Source: Reclinomonas americana ATCC 50394
Lineage: Eukaryota
Direction: 5' to 3'
DNA: 57,924 bases
NCBI GenBank assembly: GCA_048213135.1
Contig: PS015213.1
Location: 95,375 to 153,298 of the forward strand
Of this stretch, positions 49,812 to 57,924 are shown piece by piece (position 1 is the first letter of the stretch; every line of letters begins with the position of its first letter). The position numbers were made by a program, and so were the translations under genes. The notes under the pieces are model-generated. The model was given only the letters and a program-made list of their open reading frames with translations. It did no database searches and had not been told where the DNA came from.

Positions 49812-52668
49812 TTACAGATGATGGAAATGGATGGACTTGGAGCGACGATTGAAACGCTGCTCCCAGTCGGTCGCGTCAGGAGTTCTTGCGAGCGCCTGCT
49901 CGGCTTCACCTGTCGAGGCGACTGTCAGGTGTGCAAGAAGTGGCGGTCCTATGCTTACGCACACATAGTGTGACTTACCATCGCTGTTGACTAGTGGTAC
50001 AGAGAGCGCACGCAAACGGGCGCTCTCGGTGGTCGGCAGCATGGCGACAGACGCCTCCAACTCGATGGTTTGCGCCGATTGTGCGTTAGGGTCGGTCGCC
50101 GTATCTTGCAAGTGCACTGGCTGAAACGGGAGAGGCGTCAGCTTGAAGGCACGGAAGCCGTCGCAGTTGGTCAGATGCTCGTTCTCCACACGAATGAAAC
50201 TCCACACGACACGGCGAGTGACTTCGGCGGCGGCGAGACCGACTTGCACAAACGGTCTCGCCAGACTGTTGCGTACAATAATGGTAACCTGCACGACGAG
50301 AGTCACGACAAGACAACGGGGGGGAGAGCACGCGCGCACACACGTACCTGCACGATCCATGCCATGCGGAGAACACAGTTGAGGAAAAAGGCCACATAGT
50401 ACACAAACTTGGGGAACGTCAGTTGCTGCAAAAAAAAAAAAACGCAAGCAATGAGCACGCATGCATGAGAGTTGGCAGAGAACGAAGCCCATATGGCGAG
50501 CTCTCAACCTTGCGAAGGAGCCAGTGTTTCTTTTGCTTGAAATCCAACAGTCCCCAGTCCATCTGTTTGCGGCGCGCAAGTGGGTACATGCACGCATGTA
50601 ATGAAGCAAGCTCTAGGCGCCGCACAACGAAACCTTCAAGTCCCAGTACAGACGAAGGACCGCCGATACGACGTAGCTGACGATCAGTGGCACCAAGTAG
50701 CGCCCATCGTACGTCTCGAGCACACCAAACACGACGTTGGGGAACGCCGAAAAATACTTGACGGCGTTGGCCAGATGTGGCCACGCGTGACGCGTGTCTC
50801 GATACCGCCGTAAGCATTGCAGCATGCGCCACAGATACGGCAAGCCCAGTGCCAGTGCAGTGATTGTCCGATTCAGCGTCAGACCAAGCGGAACCTCACT
50901 TGTCGCCACGGCCGCCATACTCGCGAAGAAGTCGTTCAGCGCGGATGTCAGGCTGGTGAAAATGTCGCCGAGGAACACGTCGCCAAACGTCACCATGTGG
51001 AACGGCGCCGTCACGATACGGAAGGTGGTGCGCAGGAAGAGCATGCGACCCGAGTAATTCATGATGCGAAACGGGTTGATCAGCACCAAGACCACTGCAA
51101 CGGAACGTAAGTGAACACAGAGAATTCGAAGACGGCTATCGCGAAGGCTCACACACTCGCACCGACCGCAACCACAGGATACACAAACACTTGTCGTGGA
51201 ACGGCGGTCTTCAGGTCGGACGAGATAATGGTCATCCACACCAAGAAGAAGACGCCACAGACCGCCATGAAAGCCGTGGCCACTGCCAGTGCCCTATGCG
51301 GGGTGAGGGTGGTGCGAGGGTCGAAGCCAAAGATGAACACGTAGTTGATCTTGTACAGTTGCCACACGTATGTGTTGAGGCTCCAGCCGACAAAGGCCAA
51401 GCCAATCACAAACAGGCAGCGGAATAGAGCCAGCTCGGCGGCGTAGTGCGCCGAGTTGATACTCGTCGACACATCGCCGTTGAACATGAAGCCGAGGGCC
51501 ATGAGGCACGATGCTGTCAGCCCGATGAACAAACCTCCGAGGAACGAGTCGGCGTGATGCGGTTGGCGCATTCCGCGAACCGACAGCGACGACGACGAGG
51601 TGGGCATGCGCGGATTGTGCACAAACAGCTTCTCGAAGAGTCTCTCCAGCTGATCGCACACCTGGCTGAGCTCAACCGCGTGCCGACCCAAATCCCACTC
51701 CTCGATCTTCTGCTGCGTGTCGGCCAGCGTCGCCTGGGGGGCGTGTCGACGCGCGCGCATTTTCTTGCGCACTTTCTTGAGCATCTTGAGTGCGGCCGTC
51801 ACGTTGAGAATGCTTTGCGCGAGATGCATGGAAGAGTGTCAGTCAGGCAGCAGGGGGGGCAAGCAACAGCACTCAAAAGATGAAGAGGAGGGCTCACCAA
51901 AAGTTCTCGAGGTGGAACACCATCGAGTACTGCTCCTTGAACGTGCGCTCCGCCGCGCTCAGCAGATCCGCGTACTCGGAGGCCGGCATTCTGAGCGCGT
52001 CCTTGGAGAGGAGCGAGCGAGGCGCCACCGTCTTCAGTTCCTCCCACCGCTGCATTGCCGGTGCCACGCGTTCCGCAAAGAAGCTGCTGGCCTTGGCCAT
52101 TTGCACGCGGTACGCCTCCAGAATGAGCTCCACGGCCAGCGCGCGCGTCACACACGGCACTTGGCTCGCCTCCAAAGCATCCAGCTGCAATGAGTTTGAG
52201 TGGCGTGAGAGGAAGAAGCGTCCAAAGGCGACGCGCACGCACGCATGCGCACGCACCTCGACAATCGCCGACACGCCCAGGTTGAAGTGCCGATTGATGT
52301 GACCGAGGCGCTTGATGACGGTGAACGAGTCACTCGCCGGCAGACTCGGCTCACTGCTGGAATCCACTTCCACAGCTGCCGCTCCTGCCGCACCGCCGCT
52401 AACCAGTGACACAAGCTCGGTGTTCGCGCCCTCCGACGACACGGAATGCGCTCGGTGCTCACGTAGCTTTTGGCGCACACATGCGTGAACAGAGTGCACA
52501 GAGAGAGAGGAGAGGAGAGGAGAGGGAGAGAGAGAGGCCGCTCACCGGAGCAGGGAGTGCGAGGGCGTCGCCGAGGATTGAGACCATTTTCTTCAGCGCC
52601 TTGTAAGCAAAGTACTGCGAGAACCATTCGGGCACCGAGTACTCGTAGAGACGACGCCCGAATTTCAT
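49812..52668 (-). CDS. SPX-EXS domain phosphate exporter (XPR1/SYG1/PHO1 family)
   Basis: SPX: MKFGRRL....[13 protein letters not shown] and [99 protein letters not shown]. Confidence 0.95.
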
Positions 52669-53235
52669 TCTTTTGCTGCAAGCAGCGTCTGCATGCGCGT
52701 GGCCACAAGTGGAAAAGTTTCTGAGAGAAATCGAAGAGCTGAACCAATCAATGTCTGCAAACAGGGGTTTCGGACAGAGGCAGCAGGTGGCTCCACCACT
52801 GCGCTGGCGAGCAAGCGAGAGAAGAAGTGTGCGTGCGAACTGCGCCACGTGCCGACTGCGATGCGGCGCAGCACCTGTCCATTTCCTGAAAGAAGTCGAT
52901 GAAAATGACGATTGCCGCGGTCACACACACTTTCCGCAGTGCCCACTACTGCGCACAGGTCTCTCGCACACTCGCTGGTGTCCGGGTGCAACAAACACCA
53001 CGCCGGGTCTGCATATAGACGCGTAAACGCCCGAGTGCGACAGTTGCTCGCATTGCGCGGGAGTTTTGATAACTGCTCCCTCTCTCTCTCAGGTGCGGTG
53101 AGAGAGTGCACACACGCATATTTACACACACACATTCTGTTGCCGTTCGTCTCACGCGTGCAGCGTTGCAGGGCAACTCGCAAAAAGCTCCCTTTCTCCG
53201 TTTGAACACATTCCAACAAGATCTTCCGATCAGCG

Positions 53236-54578
53236 ATGAGTGACAGCGCAGCGAATGGCCACACGTCGTCGCGACCGACGCAGGAGCTAAAGATCCGCGA
53301 CTTGAACACCAGAGAGGGACCAGGTGCGTTGGCGATCGCATCTCATCGTCGATCCAATGTGTCGACGTCACACACACTCATGATCGCACACACATGCACA
53401 GGAATGACCACTGGTCGCGCCCTCGCCATTGTGTGTCTGGTACTGGTCGGCGGAGCGATCGCTTGCTGCGTCCTCGGCCTCAAGTCGTGGCACTGGATGT
53501 TGCGTGTGTGTGTGTACGGTTTCGCAGCTCTCCGTCTGAAAACTCACGCTGTCACTCTCCTCCCTCTCTCCGCGTGCCTCCGACGACACAGCAAACAAGA
53601 CTGCAGACCGGCGTACTATTTCGAAGTCGGCCTCCGCAATGGGTTTGTTTGCTGCAACAGCCAATCATGAAACTTGTCACTTTCCGCTCTTGTGTGACAC
53701 TGGCGTGTGCACGCAGGTGGCTGTGCACGAACTACGACGACCCTGTGAATGGACCGGCGTGCTACACGGGGAGCACGAGTGACGCGCAGATCAATCGCGT
53801 CGTTGCGTGTGTTTTTCGATATTTTGTAGGTGGTCTGATCACATCGGTGAACGCGTTTCCCTCTCTCGACGCCGCAGACGCTCGGTGTCGGTGCCAGTGG
53901 CACGGGCATGGCCTGCCTCCTCTTCGTCTTCCTCTTGATCTATGTGATTCGACCGCTGACCGCGATCAAGTGGGTGTGCGCGGTGCGTCCAACAGAAAAC
54001 TGTCGATGTTGTCGTCGTGTCGTCTCACATCGTGTTGCATGTGTTTGTCATTGCAGGTCATTTCCTTCATCTCGTGGGGGGTTCGTGCGATGCTGGTTTC
54101 CCTGTGCCTTAGTGTGTGATCGCTGTGCTCATGCATTTTTCTTCTGCTGCAGCTGTGCCTCGCCGCTGTCGCGTACTACACCAACCAGAACACGCTCGGA
54201 CCGTGCGACCCGCTGTACGGAGTGAACGGCAAGGCAGTTGCGTCGAATGCAGGGATGCATGTGTAGTGCACCTGGCGTCGTGCTTCCTCTCACTCGCCCC
54301 TTTCCGATTGCAGAAATGGGACTGGAGCTACATCATCTTCTGGTACGTGAACTGCTGCTGCACTCGCGTGTGGCGTGCTGCCCTCCGTGCTCACACGCTA
54401 CGCATGCAGGGTCGGCACGTGGCTCGTGTTTGTGACGCTCATCCTGTCCTTCTTCTTCCGCGATGACGCCGCCGCTCGCCGGGCGGTGAGTCCCTCCGCC
54501 GCCAACTACACTCCATCGGGACGGGCAAAGGATGTCGAGGCTGGCCATGGCACGACCGACAACAAGTCAGCCTGGTAA
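53236..54578 (+). CDS. Claudin/PMP22-like four-TM membrane protein (alternative start at 53404)
   Basis: The spliced product has four hydrophobic segments, a first loop W..GL..C..C (HWIKQDC..EVGLRNGWLC..PAC) and WDWSYIIFW before TM4. The family assignment rests on pattern only. Confidence 0.6.
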
Positions 54579-54781
54579 TTCGATATCGCAGTGCGTTTTT
54601 TATGTATAGAATACTCGATTAAGAATCAGTCGGCGTGCTCTCTTTTTCTTCGTCTGCGTTTGTCTCGCCTTGAATAAATATTTGCAAAAGCTGCAACGTT
54701 CATTCGGAGCGTTCCGAACACATCGTATTGGGTGTCTCACTTTTGTCGCTCTTCTCGCACGCACAGGCAACCCCGCCCCCC

Positions 54782-56994
54782 ATGGCATCTGGTGAGTGCA
54801 CGTCAGAGGCACTTGCACACACTGTGTTTCACAGTCGACTGGGAGAGGGAGAGAGAGAGAGCACTGCATTGCAACGAGAAGCGACGACTGATGCATCGGA
54901 GCATTGTGTGTGTCACCATTCACTCACTCATTCGCACTCGTGCATGCATGCACGCACGCAGCTGCAGGATCCACCAACCGAATCGCCGCGACGATGCTCG
55001 ACCTCGTCGGTGGTGCGTGCGTGAGAGACAGAGTGTGTGGTCGTCTGATTGCATGTGCTCACGTGAATGCACGACAGGCACACCGATGGTGTACCTCAAC
55101 CGCGTGACCGAGGGCTGCGTCGCTCGCGTCGCCGTCAAGCTCGAGGCGCAAGAGGTGTGTCTGTGTGTGTGTCTGTGTGTGTCTCGACAATGGTGGACCG
55201 ACATGTCGCACTCACGCCCTCTCCTCGCACGCGCGCGCACGCAGCCTTGCGGCTCGGTGAAGGACCGCATTGGCAAGGCGATGCTGGATGACGCCGAGGA
55301 GCGCGGCATCATCACACCCGGCATCACGACCATTATCGAACCCACATCAGGGTGCGCACAGCGGCAGCAAGCTGTATCTCTCACTCGGGTTTGCAGCGTT
55401 ATTCACAGCTGACTTTTCTCGCTTGCTTGTTCTTTTCTTTTCCCTCTCGTGCGCAGCAACACTGGCATTGCGTTGGCCTTTGCCGCCGCCGTCAAGGGCT
55501 ACAAGGCCATCCTCGGTGAGGCCGCCCTCCCTTTCAGTTGTATGCTGTGCTGTGTGTTCGGTCTGCTCACACTTTTTTTTCGTTTTCCCACGCAACACAG
55601 TGATGCCGGATAGCTTCTCGATGGAGCGCCGTGTGTTGTTGCGTGCGTTTGGTGCCGAGTTGGTGCTGACGCCGCGCGAGTTTGGCATTCCCGGAGCTGC
55701 AGTTGAGTTTACCCGACATGTCCCTCCGCCTTTATCTGTCGCCTCACTCTTGCCCCCACTCCCTCGTGCTGCAGCGCAAGGCCAGGCAGATGCTGGAGGA
55801 GATCCCGAACTCGTGGATGCCCAACCAGTTTGGCAACCCAGCCAATCCTGCGATCCACTACAACACGTTGCGTTCCTTGTGCTGCGGGTGTGGAACGAGT
55901 GGAAAAGTGAAGGCTCACTCCACACGCACACGCAGCACTGGCCCGGAAATCTGGCGCGACACCGCAGGCGAAGTCGACATTTTCGTCGGTGGTGTGGGCA
56001 CTGGTGTGTGAATTCGACGAGTTTCGCCCCCTGCTCTGCTGGCTCACTCATGTGCGTCCTTGTGTCAGGCGGCACCATCTCCGGTGCTGTCAAGTTCCTG
56101 AAGGAGCAGAAGCCGAGTGTGAAGGTGCCGCCATAACTGATCGTGCTGTGTGCACATCTCCTCCTCACTGATGCACGCGCGTCGGCATGCAGGCGTTCGC
56201 CGTGGAACCCGTCGAGTCGGCTGTCCTCAGCGGCAACAAGCCCGGTCCGCACATGATCCAGGGCATTGGCGCCGGATTCAAGCCAGATGTTGCGTGCGCG
56301 TGTCGCGCCGACAAGAATCGACAATGTCTGTGCTCACTGGCAGTGCAGATCTATGACAGCGAGGTGGTCGACGGAATCATCCAGGTTTCGTCACAAACCG
56401 GTGAGTCTAGCGCAGCGCACTTTTGCATGATTTGTGTGTGTGCTCACGAAGCTGGCACACAGCTCTGACAATGGCGCGCCGCCTGCCCAAGGAGGAAGGC
56501 ATCTTCTGTGGCATTTCCAGCGGTGCAGCGGTGTGTGCCAGCAGCGTGCAGGGCAGTTGTGCTCTTTCTCCCCCCCCCCCCCTCACCTTGTGCACAGATT
56601 CACTGCGCAGTGGAGCTGGCAAAGCAGCCGGAGAACGAGGGCAAGCTGATTGTCGTTGCGTCTGTCACAGTCATGCAAGCAAAGTCGGTTTCGTTGGCGT
56701 CCCCCTCCTCATCGCTTGCGTATCTCGTCAGGTGGTGGAGCCCAGCTTTGGCGAACGCTGTTGCGTCGCAATCATTGCTGTCTGTGCTGTGTGAGTTTGT
56801 GTATTCACTCGGATGCGCTTTCTGCAGACCTGTCAACTGCTCTGTTCAAGGATCTCTTTGATGAATGCTCCGCCATGCCCACGGTTCCGTGCCCACCACC
56901 ACCGGCCGCGGCGGCTCCTGTCCCAGCTCCTGCTCCTGCTCCGTTGTCGCCAAATTCCGGTGCCGGAGCCTCGACCAACTCATCCGCTCTCTAA
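54782..56994 (+). CDS. cysK: Cysteine synthase A / O-acetylserine (thiol)lyase, 15 exons
   Basis: [24 protein letters not shown] (PLP lysine), [60 protein letters not shown] and PSFGERYLSTALF. Confidence 0.96.
55867..55935 (+). other. Representative intron with shifted donor (C|GTTGCGT...CAG)
   Basis: Removing exactly this interval restores the conserved cysteine synthase motif HYNTTGPEIW (AC|C). Confidence 0.9.
56760..56827 (+). other. Representative intron with shifted donor (T|GTTGCGT...CAG)
   Basis: Removing this interval restores GERYLST (codon T|AC = Tyr). Confidence 0.9.
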
Positions 56995-57268
56995 AGCACA
57001 CCCCGTGCTTCCGCTTTGTTGGCGAGAATGTAGTGGAGACTGTTTCGTTAAGTCACGCGACTGCAATCTTTGCATTTCCGAGAGCCTTGACCCTTCGTCC
57101 TTGTGCACTTCAACCCCTGCATCTGACTCTTGATCCTTGGCACGACAACTAGAAGGTGATCAAGGTTGGCCCTCCGCGCACGTCGCTTCCGTCTCGTCGC
57201 AGTTGTCTCGTGTCCTCTTCGAGCGTCCTACTTCGTTGCTCCCTTTTCCGTCTCGTCGAGAACAAGGA

Positions 57269-57924
57269 ATGCTGTTCAGAACCGCACGGCGGTACATGTC
57301 ATTCACATGGCCGGGGTCAAGAGCCCTCGATCAGATCGTCAAGCTGCCTCTTCTCATGCGGTCCGCGCAATGCATTCCATGCCAGTCCTTCATTCAACGC
57401 TCACTCTGCACGCACACAGTGAACCCAAAGAACGTGTGGCAGCCATCTGGTCGGAGGTGTGTGTGTGTGTGTGTGCACGTGTGTGTGTGCACGTGTGTGT
57501 GGGTGTGCATTGTCGGGGAAGTCCTCTCATTCCCATGTTGCATGCAGCATCATCTGAGCCGGAACGATGCTGTCGCAATGACTCTCAACTCGAACGTCTT
57601 CCAGGACTTGCAGGCGCACTGCAAAGCATGGTCTCCTCTCCTCCCTCCTTCTATCCCCGCGCTAGCCGTCGTCTCCTCACGTCTCTCCCTCTGCAGTCCC
57701 ATGTTTGTCTTGCCACTGATCAAGGGCGAGGGCTACTTGAGTATGGTGGCACAGTTCCAGGGTCAGCATTGTCTCATGACACCACTGGAGGAGTACCGCA
57801 CGAAGAGTTGAGTGGGAGGGAGGGGAGGCGGGGGGAGAGGGACGACAGGCTGAACCGCTGGCGCCTGCAGGTGTGAATGCAATGCCGGCATTCACGATTA
57901 CGTTTTACACTGAGCTGGAGAAGG
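57269..57924 (+). CDS. ATP11: Mitochondrial F1-ATPase assembly factor ATP11/ATPAF1, 5' part (runs off the window)
   Basis: LDQIVKLPLLM.E..ERVAAIWSEHH, CPMFVLPLIKGEGY..VAQF, MTPLEEYR and FTITFYTEL. Confidence 0.87.

Noticed and set aside
52673-53235. Short ORFs and intron-like segments between the SPX-EXS and claudin-like genes
   Set aside because: No recognisable protein. The segment 53093-53163 could be a 5' UTR intron, but I cannot support it.
14223-57813. Reading the shifted donors as non-canonical TT-start introns (G|TTGCG...)
   Set aside because: That parse would need the downstream exon to begin with G, which often it does not (e.g. 55936 C, 56828 A). Conserved codons require the GT...AG boundaries.
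465-57870. U12-type introns or Introner-like mobile introns as the explanation for GTTGCG donors
   Set aside because: There is no RTATCCTT donor or TCCTTAAC branch motif. Intron bodies show no mutual similarity, terminal inverted repeats or target duplications that I can see.
1601-57924. Functional gene cluster (nutrient signalling or mitochondrial genes)
   Set aside because: The functions are heterogeneous and orientations mixed. Apart from the SerRS/C3orf33-like pair, nothing goes beyond ordinary compact-genome neighbourhood.
1-57924. Alternative genetic code or stop-codon readthrough
   Set aside because: In-frame stops are explained by introns, and TAA, TAG and TGA all terminate gene models.

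Overview
Gene-dense, GC-rich eukaryotic (protist-like) scaffold with many N gaps and very frequent short GT-AG introns, mostly 55-95 nt. The unspliced ORF track is largely misleading, so I parsed exons by hand. About 17 genes: RCC1-repeat protein (3' part), IRE/Rim15/Greatwall-type AGC kinase, COX6A, TMEM185-like protein, equilibrative nucleoside transporter, DNA polymerase lambda-like, mitochondrial SerRS, C3orf33-like protein, an orphan coiled-coil protein, a soluble-adenylyl-cyclase-like (cyclase-STAND) protein, a small hypothetical gene, a USP protein, an F-box/LRR protein, an SPX-EXS exporter, a claudin-like protein, cysteine synthase and ATP11 (5' part). The strongest signal is in the splice code. 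I count 46 introns, roughly a quarter of those parsed, that begin with a one-nucleotide-shifted donor (GTTGCG/GTTACG/GTTGAG) instead of GTGCG/GTACG/GTGAG. In 41 of the 46 the preceding exon base is not G, which suggests a second, context-dependent mode of 5' splice-site recognition. All gene models and counts are manual and have no transcript support. I recognised no tRNA, rRNA, snRNA, CRISPR array or mobile element.
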